This document shows, piece after piece, positions 10,024 through 20,467 of a stretch of 26,231 nucleotides of DNA. The stretch's first letter is position 1; each line of letters starts with the position of its first letter. A model generated the notes under the pieces. That model had not been told where the DNA came from. It searched no databases and worked only from the letters and a program-made list of their open reading frames with translations. This DNA is from Toensbergia leucococca. Its lineage: Eukaryota. Where the stretch lies: positions 186,001 to 212,231 of the forward strand of contig JALDZS010000018.1 of the NCBI GenBank assembly GCA_022813965.1. The letters are read 5' to 3'. The position numbers and the translations under genes were made by a program.

Positions 10024-13000
10024 ATGGGCGACCCTTTCTCCGTCGTTGGAAGTGCTGTGGGCGTTGTGTCCCTTGGCATCACCGTATGTCAACGCTTGGT
10101 TACCTATTATACCTCGTGGAAAGGTTATGACGACGACATCCGAAGCACCTGTCAATACCTGGATGGTGTCACCGATAGCCTGCAGCATTTACAGACATGT
10201 CTTCAAAACCAAAACTTCCCAGGTCTAGCCAAACAGCAGGTAGAAGCAGCCATGGTGGCTTGTGACAGCGATATTCAGGATCTGAGAAAACGGCTAGACA
10301 AGATCCGGTGCATGCAGTTACCAAGCAACATCCGAGGCCGCTTTGATACGCATCTTCGGAGGGCTCAGTATCCTTTCAAGATATGTACTCTGAAAAAGCT
10401 CAAAGAAAATGTCGCGTCTTTGCAGACAAATGTGCAGCTTGCCATCAGCCTTCTTGGATTGTAAGCGGCCAATTTTGTTGCTTCACAAGAGGATGTAGGT
10501 AGGATGCTAAGGTAATATATACAGAGATATACTTGTGCCAATAGACAAGCAAATAAGCACCATTGCTCCAGAAATCGCTGCTTCGAGGCAAGACATCGGT
10601 ATCATGAGCAGTAACCTAGGATCCGTGCAAACTATAGTCGAGAGCCTAGACCAAACAATGCCAGCTCTTCGTAACGATACAAGCACACTTATATCTAGCA
10701 CATACGGCTTGCACGGCCAGCTCGCAGGAATTAGCAGTCGGCTCCAGGATTCTGATGCTAATATAGCGCTCTTACCTATGATTCATGAAGAGTTAGCGAC
10801 GTTGCCTTCCAGTCTTGCGAGGTCAGTCGCAATTCAACTAGAGGTCCATGGCCGTGAATGTCATCGAATCATGCAGCAAGAAGATTCCTCGGACGCAAAT
10901 ATTGTTAGGAAACTTAACGTACTGGTATGGCTGCCTCGAAATTGATCGAGTGATGCAATTACTGATCAATAATTACTAGGAACACGAAATTAAGAAATTG
11001 CAACTTCAGACAATCAGCAAACCTGGTTTCATGCAATCGATGTGCAACGAGCTTACTAGTTCTAATTTCGTGCATCATGATAAATATCTACTTGGACAAA
11101 CCCGGTGAGCGAGAAGTGTGCAGCTATCTCACAGGTGTACGTGCCGTGTTAGGCCGGCGTCGCTGTCACAATGGTCATTTACTGAAGGTTTTCAAATATT
11201 CCAACAAGTAGACAAATCGCATGCTACGCATTGCCCACTCTGCAAAGTTACGCAGCAAAGCAAAACATTTGGGATGAGGTATGGTCATGCCAGTTGCTTT
11301 TTAACGAAGGCGATTGAGGTGTCTTTCACATTCAAGCGTGGGGCGGGAGGATGTTCTCTGAGTCCTTGTTTGCGAATCCGAGGAATCGTTCGGCAGGATT
11401 CTCCTGCGTTTCGAATTTTTCATGAAGATAATCTGGTAAGTTTTATGAGACGCAAGGGTGAACGATATAACATGTACCTTAGCCGTGAAACGGAAACCTC
11501 AATAGGCCGGCTTCGCCGACTCTTTGAGGACGGACAAGCTGCCCCTGATGATGTTGATGTCAAGGGGCGTACAGTGTTACAGGTAATTGAAATGATGGCC
11601 AGACAACGAACACGATTGATGATAGGTTGTATGTAGCTTGCCGTTGAATGCCTAGAACTCCCTTTGGAATCTTCAGAGGAAATCAGATCAATAAATATGA
11701 TTCTCGGGGTAGCCAGTCTCGGTGTTCCGGTGAATCACAAAGATTATTCCGGCAGGTAAGTACAAACCGTGAGTCTGGGCATTGAAGAAGGCTGATTTGC
11801 ATTGAGTTAGCGATGTTTTGAGCAGGCCTATGGCCTTGTACTATCCACTTCTTTACTATCCACATATAGCTGTTCAGCGACAGGACATGCCCCATCTTCT
11901 TTCCAAGTATGCGCCGGCATTGCCAGAGGTTAATATCGAAGCAATGTATCTATTTCAGAACTTTCGACGTCACGATGACTATGCTGATGGTATGTAACGA
12001 GTGCATGTCAATGCCTCAAGTAATAATGACCTAGAACAGCCTATAATTGCGGCGCTCTTAGCGATGCAATTCTCGCCAGATCTGAATCCGGTGTCAACAG
12101 ATGTCTTGCCAAATTCTCGCTCACAAAAGATGAACAGAACAGATTGGGTCAGACACCGCTCCATTTATCTGCCGACTGGCCATGGTGTATCTCTCGTCTG
12201 TTAGCTGCTGGAGCCAATGTCAATATGACGGACAATGAAGGCTACCTTCCAATAAGCTATGCCAGCAAATTCCAATGCTTGGATGCCGTTGAGCTCTTGA
12301 TAGCAGCTGGTAGCCGCATTTTGCCATCGCACTGGTGGCCTTCCCCCATGACTCTTTGTAATAACGAGATATTTCATGGACTTTTTGCTGCTCTGGCTGA
12401 TCAGCGTAAACGATTAGCCCATCTGGCCGAAGAAGTGCTTCCACCTTCACAGTACTCATTGCTCGTCAGCTCTCGTTTAGGTCTCCTTGATCTACACGCT
12501 TACAAAGTGCACCAGATGATTGAAGACGCTGGAATTGAAATTCCGCCGGCGCTGCAAATTAGAGCGGACTATGTCTCTATGTATCATTCTATCGGCCCAT
12601 ATGCGTCCCGTCAGCAACTGGATGCTATCTATGATGCCGGATTTATAGATGTCGATGTTTGTGATTCTCAAAGATCAACGCCGTTGATGATAGTTTTGGA
12701 AATCTGCGCGATGAATCAATTCGACACCATCTACGACTGGTATATATCAAAAGGTGCCGATCCATTACGGAAAATCACAGATTTTGGCGATGTGTCATTA
12801 CACTCTTTTGCTCGTCAGTTGTGTCATTGGAGCAGATATTGCAATCCTTCTGACCCCCTTGATCAAAAGACTTTCCGCCTAGTACATATCTTGTATCAAT
12901 CGCGTTTTCAAGCCAAGGACTACTGCAATTGCAAGTGTTGTTCTGATGGCTGTTACCCTTTTTACGTATATTTGAAGTCCTCCATCAGCTGGAAAAACAG

Positions 13001-13601
13001 TGAAATGGACGGAGAGAAAAGCACAATCAATTGGATATTGAGGACTTTGCTCTGGACAACCGTCTCCGATATGCAATACAACGAGATCATTCGCCTAATT
13101 CTATTTACAGAGCTGGGACTTACTCATACCTGCTGTGATTGGAGTCGGGGTTTTTCTTGTAATCATAAACCCACGCGACCAAGCTCTGACGCAATCAGTG
13201 AGATTCATGAAGAAGAGAAAGAACTCATATCCGAGCTCGAAAGCCTATACAACGAAGCTATTACGCGACGATTGCAATATGAGGGCGATTTCGTCGAGTT
13301 CATTGAAGGCTTCCTCCTTGAAATCCGCGGGAGGGAAAGAAGGCCGATTAGTGACGTGGAACTTGCCAGGATTGAGGAAATTGGGGTTGTGCTTGGTTTG
13401 GAGACTGTGGTGAGATACCCGGGCGTAGAGGAGGAGGAAGACGAAGAGTGCCGAGAAGATGACGAGAACGAAGAAGACGACAAGAACGAGGAAGATGATG
13501 AAAATGCGGACGCTCAAAGCAGAAAAGGGCCGATTGATGAGCAAGACGACGACGACGACGAGACTTACGAAGAAGCCTTTGAAACTTTAGGCTCAGAATG
13601 A
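10024..13601 (+). CDS. HeLo-like (fungal STAND N-terminal type) domain plus ankyrin-repeat protein, about 1099 codons, with one in-frame TGA at 11106-11108 (possible pseudogene)
   Basis: join(10024..10460,10525..10924,10980..11582,11637..11755,11811..11989,12040..13601); all introns are GT-AG and in phase (exon 5 could alternatively start at 11826). The N-terminus MGDPFSVVGSAVGVVSLGITVCQRLVTYY is typical of HeLo-like/SesA-type domains. Ankyrin motifs: DVKGRTVLQLAV, NRLGQTPLHLS..LLAAGANVNMTDNEGYLPISYA. C-terminus has DYCNCKCCSDGC, ELGLTHTCC and an acidic tail. No Walker A motif was seen. Confidence 0.85.
13455..13505 (+). repeat. 18-nt coding tandem repeat (EDDENE/EDDKNE/EDDENA) in the acidic tail
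   Basis: gaagatgacgagaacgaa-gaagacgacaagaacgag-gaagatgatgaaaat. Confidence 0.7.
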
Positions 13602-13814
13602 CCATTTTGTTTTATCACCTATGCGCATCCTGTTTGTTTTTCGGACACGTGGATCAACTTGGCTGCTGGAAGGGACGCTTCGAGTCCTTTCATATATATC
13701 TGATTTGTGTTTGAAGCTTTTTCTATAACCCATTTGTGTGTTAAGGATTCACATTTGATCATGTACTTGATTGCGGCGTACTTGATTGATGCAAGGCACA
13801 TTCTGTCATTACTA

Positions 13815-14245
13815 GCGCATGCACAAAGGTTGGAAAAAACATGACATTGAGAATTTCACAACACGCCCCCTCCCCTCAATTAGCAGGGTAAAATTGAGTT
13901 CTCTTTATCATCAATTCCTGTAGGTGTGATACTTGAGGGTTCTGTATACCTCATGTGTATAAGAATTTGTTGTATTATATTTACGCTGTTTGTGTTTTTT
14001 ATGTCAAGAGTATGAATTATGATGATGCACTGTGATTTTACTCTTCTTTTTAGGTGTTTTGAGCTGTTTTTTTGACTTATCTTATATTGAGTGATTAGAT
14101 AGAATAAGATTGATTAAATAGAATATGAATGATTAAATAAGAAAGAAATTTGAAGTTCTATTTAAATGATCTTGATGTGTGAGGGCTAAATCTTAGTTGT
14201 GTTCAGCTTCTTTCACACTGTGTGATATTTCAAGGTACCTTAATT
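13815..14245. mobile_element. AT-rich, RIP-like repeat relic; family unresolved
   Basis: Abrupt AT- and TpA-rich, CpG-poor block between the ankyrin gene and the MATE fragment, which ends at its right edge. Only weak terminal symmetry (GCGCATGCA..TGCATGCGC). Confidence 0.5.
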
Positions 14246-14259
14246 GCATGCGCAAAATG

Positions 14260-14988
14260 TTTCACATAAATACGCTAAATTGAAAACATCAACCATCACA
14301 GCACTCATCACCGCCGCGTGTGCGGACAAGCTCGCTGAATTCGCCATATCCACTTCAATTGAATTGGCTATCCTTGTGAACGCCGCTTTACTCAGTGGAG
14401 TGACACCAGCGTTGCCATCGTCATCGCCACACTCCGCGCCGCCAGACAGCTCATCTCAAAGCAAACTATGATCAGCGTCAAAATCTCAAACGCCAGCCAC
14501 TCCGCCTCAGCCATTAGCAATTCAGGTAACATCAGCCTAACCATCGGACCTCAATTACTCAATGCGGCTCTTGAAAATCCGCACCAGCACTCCCTGCCCT
14601 GCACAAACCGCACATAAACCACCAGAAACACGGGCCGCAGATTATTCAACATCGCCACAGCCAGCAGCGCGCCCATGAGACCCCACCCAAACCACCATAC
14701 AAACAGTCAATGTAACATGACATTCACCGGCGCCATCACCAACAGGATACACAAATTTGCTCCGAAGATCCCCTGCCTCTGAATGAATTTCTTCCCGGCC
14801 TTGAACGCTGCCCACCCCGGTGCTCCCAGTAACAATACCCGCAGATATGTCACTGTCAATCTCGCTGTCTCTCGCTCTGAGATGATTACGCTGAGTACTC
14901 ACTCACCGCATGCCCAAGCTACACCTATCGGCAGTGTTACGATCCATAGTAGCAGCACCATGCACTGTAAGTGCAGCCCAACAAGGTG
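14260..14988 (-). pseudogene. MATE-family efflux transporter fragment (central TM region), pseudogenised
   Basis: One minus-strand frame reads HLVGLHLQCMVLLLWIVTLPIGVAWACGE*VLSVIISERETARLTVTYLRVLLLGAPGWAAFKAGKKFIQRQGIF...APVNVMLH*LFVWWFGWGLMGALLAVA...YVRFVQGRECWCGFSRAALSN*GPMVRLMLPELLMAEAEWLAFEILTL...LAARSV. After a frameshift near 14400 it continues PLSKAAFTRIANSIE. These are recognisable fungal MATE motifs. TGA stops at 14901-14899, 14709-14707 and 14553-14551. Confidence 0.9.
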
Positions 14989-15967
14989 AAAGAGAAACAA
15001 GTTCGCCTTACTGACACTAACTATAAAATGGTCATTGATAATCTTGTACATTTTATCAGTGTAGTCCAGGCCCGTGGTGGTGTCGATCAAGATTTTGGAT
15101 GATGGTACGATGCAGCATCGAAAACTCTCTGCAAACTCCCATGCATCTCATCTTATAACTATTCTCCGAGGAAATCAGCATTGCGATCTCTTCGGTTTCT
15201 TTAGTCATACCATCCTACGTCACGCGTCTGTTGCATAGGCTCGAGGTAATCTGAACGCGAGTGACGCCAAGCGGAGAACTCGCATTGAGATTTCAATCTC
15301 GCCGGTTGATTAGGCACCAACCGTCTTTGTATATTAGCTTGGTGATTGATCAGCATCTCACCTTGATGGCGCGGCTATAGAGCGGGCATTTCATCCTGTG
15401 AGTAGTGCAATCCAGGCTCCTAATAGCAGCTTTTAAAGTCGCTCGCATTACTTCCACATTTGTGAGACTTTTACATGCACGAACCGGCTCATCAAGCGGT
15501 CGTGTTCGGATTTCAGGCATAGCGGAGAACTTCGGATCATGCAGCGCCCTTGGGATCCTGAGATACGTGGACACGCGCGGTTCAGGTTGGGGTTATGTGG
15601 TTGGTTGAGGGACTTGCCTGAGGATATCAAGTAGGCGTCATGTACGCAATTGACAAGGTATGTCAAATATAGTCTTCACCAGGTACACCATCAATTTTAT
15701 TGATGTGTATTCGTTGAACAAGCACGGATAATGGTAGAGATCCAGGCGTGACAGACAAACACGGTAGGCAGGCTGAGCAAGACAAGCCATATGGTGTAGT
15801 GCTTTGATTTGCTATGTTCCAGAGATATATATGTTCAGTCGTGGAGCTCGATATCAGCTGACCATGATGTTGAATCAGGTACGTAAATCGATACTACCTG
15901 GGGTAGTCTACTATCTACTCGTAAACACTTTTGAGATTCGCAGCAAGGAGTAAACTCATCAAAGGAC

Positions 15968-17436
15968 TTAATTGGTGACAACCAGCTCTCGAGGGATCCG
16001 ATTTTTGCCAAAGATGAAGCCATTGCTTTTGACCATGTTGGCGCCAGCACGGTCGCCTTCAACCATTTTGTTGCATACAGCTTCATCCAAAAACTCTACA
16101 AAGCTTTGCACTTCCTCCATGGTATTGTAGTGCACGAAGCTTACCCGGATCAACCCATCACTACCCAGTCCAAGCAAATCATAGGTCAGCCTCGGCGCCC
16201 AACAGTTGCCCCACACAATGCGAAAAGGAGAATTGTTCATCACATAATCGGAGACGACCTGTGATGACCGGCCATTGACCCGGAAAGTCACCAGCGAAAC
16301 TCTCAGTTGTGGATCCGACGATGGCTCCCCGTATATTGTAAAAATATCCAGCCTGCTTCTTAGATACGATAGCAACACTTCCTGGAGCTTGGTCTCATGT
16401 GCAATGATTTGGTCCCATCCTGTGGCCCGCAAATATCTCACGATGGGAGTCAAGCTGTGCTCGAGTTCGTAGGTCGCGGAGCCCAAAGTAAGTTTGGTCT
16501 CCAAGAAATGCTTATCGCTGAAATAATGCCCAAGCGAAGTTAGTTCACGATCCTGCACACTCCGCTTCACATACATTTGCGCGAAATGTGGCCCAAAGAC
16601 TTTGTACCAGCTGAAACAATAGATGTCCACGTCGAGCGCCTTGACATCAATAGGCCGGTGTGGTGCGAATGCCACGCCATCAACGGAAAGCATGGCACCT
16701 GGTATAGTGTGCACGAGGTCCGCAATGGCACGAACGGGATGGATGGTTCCAAGGGCGTTGGAGATATGACCCATGGTGACGAGGCGGGTCTTGGGGGAGA
16801 GCAGAGGCTTCAGTGTCTCTACAGAAAGACGTGGGTTTGCGCTTTGAGATGGGAACCACCACTTGATTGTGATTCTAAGGCTCCTTGCAAGGGCGACCCA
16901 GGCGCTAATTCCGGCTTCGTGACAGAGTCCCGAAACAATCATTTCAGAGTCCGGACTTAGCGTTGGGAGCAGGGCGAGTGAAAGATTGCGGAACAGTTGA
17001 GTTGTCGAAGACCCGTATGCTAAGAAAAGTGAACCTTGTGCTTTGAATAGGTAGACCCATTCTCAGCAGTGACATACCAATCTCATCAGGCGAAGCATTC
17101 ATAAATTCTGCTCTTTCCTTTTGCCCGGCAGCCCATTCCTTCGATCCGCGGGCGCTCATCTCGTCAGATAAACCCAGTTCTGGGTTCAGGGAGGAAAGCT
17201 TGGAGGTGATACTAGAAGCTATTAGCACTGTTTATAAGTTGCAACTCGATTACGATTCTTTCAAAGCGTAGTCGGCACAATCCACGCTTTAGGCGTAGAA
17301 CCACTTGCGCATCAATTGCATCCCCAAGGACTACAGTACCTGCTGCATTGTTGAAGGAAACATGGCCTTGATGCAGGCCCGGAAATCGTCTACGAACGGC
17401 TTCAACGTCGTAGGTCTCAGGTGTCAAGCTACCCAT
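15968..17436 (-). CDS. PLP-dependent aminotransferase class V / cysteine desulfurase-like protein, about 437 aa
   Basis: join(17436..17309,17211..17078,17019..15968). Intron 1 is GC-AG (GCAAGT..GCTAAT..TAG); intron 2 is GTATGT..TAG. Motifs: VRRRFPGL, FNNAAGT, YGSSTTQL, HEA, SNALGTI, VDGVAFAPH, PLP lysine FSWYKVFGPH, IRVSFVHYNTMEEV. Confidence 0.93.
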
Positions 17437-17580
17437 ATTTATAGCGTGTTAAGGAAAGAAGGTCTTTTCTCAGTGGCACTGAAGAAAACTCTAAGTGTCA
17501 ACAGGAGAGAAAGGAGCGAGAATTCTGGCCCTGGTTGAAAGGATGTTTGTAGGAAGACGAAAATTGACTTCTAAAGGGTG

Positions 17581-17586
17581 TTTATA
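17581..17586 (-). promoter_or_regulatory. Putative TATA box of the class-V aminotransferase gene
   Basis: TATAAA on the minus strand about 145 nt upstream of the ATG at 17436. Confidence 0.45.
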
Positions 17587-18092
17587 GCTGGGAATTTTTC
17601 GAATGATTCAAAGTCCATGCTAGGATATCAGCGGGAATAGCTGCGACATGATGGTCCGTACATGGATGAATTAGAATCAGTTTCCTGTGCCAGGATGACT
17701 AACGGAGATGGCTTGCACATCTCTAAGCAAGTATAGATCTAGACAAATGAGCAAGAACATCAACTCCATTGGAAGTAAAGTGATATGCAAAGGTTTCAAT
17801 GTCCGGTGAAATTGTGGAGATAGTGTGCATACTTGAAATCCCAGAGCCGCGGAGTGTGGTCATATAGGCGTTCTAATCAAGTTCACTTCTGCATATAGCG
17901 CAGTTATTAGCGCGTGCAAAAGGTCTCAAAAACTTCCATTGCATTGAGACATCTTATTGCAGCGCAGCGAAGCGTAGCGATCTATCTGTGGGCTTTAATT
18001 CATAGGCTTGATCAGGCTTAGCCCCTAGATCACGCTTCACTGCATCAGTGCATCTCAATCAGGAGGTCTTACTCATATCAATAGTCATTTAC

Positions 18093-18106
18093 TTAGGGTT
18101 AGGGTT
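18093..18106 (+). repeat. Short interstitial telomere-like repeat (TTAGGG)2TT
   Basis: ttagggttagggtt in the divergent promoter, about 220 nt upstream of the transcription factor ATG. Confidence 0.6.
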
Positions 18107-18325
18107 TTCCCACAGTCATTGATTATCATTTCAAGCCACATGAACAGCCACAGCCACAGCCTCTTTAATTTCCGAGGCTGTGCATGAGGCGTGGACCTTG
18201 GTGAAGCTGAACCAACCGATGAGATTTATACAAAGTGCAGACGACGAGACTACATTCTTTTGCGATTTGATTCTCAGACCTTTCCGGTTCATTCTAACAC
18301 TTGTCTTGTTTGTGTCAGCTTCAAG

Positions 18326-19903
18326 ATGGTCAACCCTGGCCATCGTAGCAAAGGCTGCCAAACATGTCGATCAAGCAAAGTCAAGTGCGACGAAGCCCGT
18401 CCATCATGCCGTCGCTGCACACGGACTGGCCGAGTCTGCCCGGGCTACAAAGACGTCGAGCAGCGTTTCAAATGGACCCAGTATACCTTGCAAGCCAATA
18501 GAAGGCTACCTGACCAAGATGCTCCCTTCGCAACTTATTCCCAACAAGATGATTCCCAACATTCGTTGACTTCCGCCATGACAAGCCTTTCGCCCTCCCT
18601 CTCTCCGGACTGGACGAGCCAGTGTGTAGCCATTTTCTGCGCCGAGTGGGTGGAATTACCAGACGCCCATCATTCCACCTGGCCTGTCTTGGAGTATGTA
18701 CCCGACATTTTAGGGAAGTCATCGTCTATCCATCTGCGCGAGGCCGTCAACGCCGCCTCGCTAGCCTACATGGCCAACTGCAGCAGTATCCAGCACTTCG
18801 ATCAACTGGGCAAACGGTGCTATGGCAATGCTCTGATGGATCTTGGAGCAGCCATGAAAGACCGGTCCCGCTCCACGAGGGATGACACCTTGGCCGCCAT
18901 GAATGTGCTAGCGGCCTACGAGGTCATCTCAGGCGAGCAACCTCTGTCGGAAGTTTTTCATGCACACCATCGAGGTCAAGCAGCTATCTTGCGCATGCGC
19001 CACGAAGAACATCATGAATCTCGATGGAGCAAACACCTCTTTGCCCACACCAATAGAGGCCTAATCTGGCGTGACATAGCCGATAGACATCGGCCGTATC
19101 TGGGAATGACTGACTGGGCACCCTCGACGTATGCGAGCCTTCTCGCAGAGGCCTCTGCTCGATTAAGCGTGCGAGCTGCAGATGTCCGTGGGCAGACATG
19201 TGATGCATTGAAAGTTCCACTGCGACAGAGGGACGAGAAGTGGTACCAAAACCTGCGAAAGATCGCAATTGCGGCTGTAGAACTTGAAATCGACATGCAG
19301 AAATCGATCGATCTCGTGCCCAAAAGTTGGCGGCCTTGGTCGCTACCTATTCACTCTCCTCCAACACCACCGGCAGTGTGTCTTCAACTAGATCCAAAAG
19401 ATGCTCTTCAGCCACAAGACAATATGGCTCCATTTTCCAACCCATCACGCATCGACCTCTACCTCAGCCAGCCCATTGCAAATCTCTGGAACTTTGTCCG
19501 TCTCGCTCGACTTCACCTGCTACGCGCATTGCTAGACCTTGGGAAGCTCAACGCCGAGGACCCAGTCCTAGAGCCCAGACTCGACTCGATGCCTAGCCTT
19601 GAGCATGTCCTCCAAGTCCAATGCTCTGACGTAGAAGATATCTGCGCCTCGGTACCATTTCTCTTGGGAGATGTCGACGAAGCTGGTAGCCTATGTGCTG
19701 GCAAGGAACATAAACCTCGGCCATCCGATGCTCTAGGTTTGATCTGGGTGCTAGTAAAACTGTGCTATGTACCAGGTTTACATCCTGCCGTGAGGGCGTG
19801 GATATGCGATATTTTCCACCGGCTAGGCTCTGCAGGAGGACTGAAGATTGGACTTCGACTGAGCAAGGTGTACACTAAGCCTCCCACTATACAGACCTCG
19901 TAA
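18326..19903 (+). CDS. Zn(II)2Cys6 fungal transcription factor, about 525 aa, intronless
   Basis: MVNPGHRSKGCQTCRSSKVKCDEARPSCRRCTRTGRVCPGY is a canonical binuclear cluster. The middle region (YGNAL...DDTLAAMNVLAAYE...HHRGQAAILRMR) is typical of the fungal-specific TF domain. Start placed at ATG 18326; the ORF track's 18191 start is a GTG. Confidence 0.94.
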   Translation: MVNPGHRSKGCQTCRSSKVKCDEARPSCRRCTRTGRVCPGYKDVEQRFKWTQYTLQANRRLPDQDAPFATYSQQDDSQHSLTSAMTSLSPSLSPDWTSQCVAIFCAEWVELPDAHHSTWPVLEYVPDILGKSSSIHLREAVNAASLAYMANCSSIQHFDQLGKRCYGNALMDLGAAMKDRSRSTRDDTLAAMNVLAAYEVISGEQPLSEVFHAHHRGQAAILRMRHEEHHESRWSKHLFAHTNRGLIWRDIADRHRPYLGMTDWAPSTYASLLAEASARLSVRAADVRGQTCDALKVPLRQRDEKWYQNLRKIAIAAVELEIDMQKSIDLVPKSWRPWSLPIHSPPTPPAVCLQLDPKDALQPQDNMAPFSNPSRIDLYLSQPIANLWNFVRLARLHLLRALLDLGKLNAEDPVLEPRLDSMPSLEHVLQVQCSDVEDICASVPFLLGDVDEAGSLCAGKEHKPRPSDALGLIWVLVKLCYVPGLHPAVRAWICDIFHRLGSAGGLKIGLRLSKVYTKPPTIQTS

Positions 19904-20467
19904 GATAGAAGATGAGGCACGTATTCATCATTTATTATGGTTGCGACTCTTGGGTTGACGGAGCGCACACATGGGGCAAGTCATTGCAGGACCAGGAATG
20001 ATACTTTACGCAGAGTGCCGTACTCGTCTACCGACTTGCCTCGATGGCAAGAAGCCTGCAAAACCAGGACAACAGATGACATGACTCTAAAGCTTTCAAC
20101 CAGCGGTTCAATAACGAGATTCACAGACGAGTTATTGTGCACAAACGGATGTATATGATGAGCAGAGCAGCGATCCAGACGATGCTGGCTAAGTTCAACC
20201 CTAGCTACTCGTTGCGTCGACAGCCTCTGTTCGACTTGCTGGCCGCAACGGAATATCAAGGATGATCTATGTACAATCAAAAGAGGCACAATAACAACGG
20301 CCGACCAAGATCGTTCCGCCTTGCATCGTATCTACAAAATATCAAATGTCCCATTCGCTGTCACGATATAGCCTTCCCGTGTCATTCAATAAGCTCGCAA
20401 TCATCCGTCCACTCCTACTCGCACAAAAAGCCTGTCTGTGTGACGGGTTTACGACTATGTTGTGAGT

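Noticed and set aside
14244..14471. Plus-strand ORF resembling a secreted peptide (KTSTITALITAACA)
   Set aside because: It is the antisense shadow of the MATE pseudogene and has no ATG at the signal-like segment.
14899..14961. MVLLLWIVTLPIGVAWACG followed by GTGAGT, read as signal peptide plus intron
   Set aside because: It is an internal MATE transmembrane helix; homology continues in frame through the TGA.
15100..15830. Short ORFs between the MATE fragment and the PLP enzyme
   Set aside because: No recognisable homology or gene structure.
18191..18325. 45-aa N-terminal extension of the transcription factor
   Set aside because: It starts at GTG; MVNPG directly before the Zn cluster is the typical start for this TF group.
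19937..20460. ORFs between the convergent TF and OST-A genes
   Set aside because: Short, motif-less and in the expected 3' UTR space.
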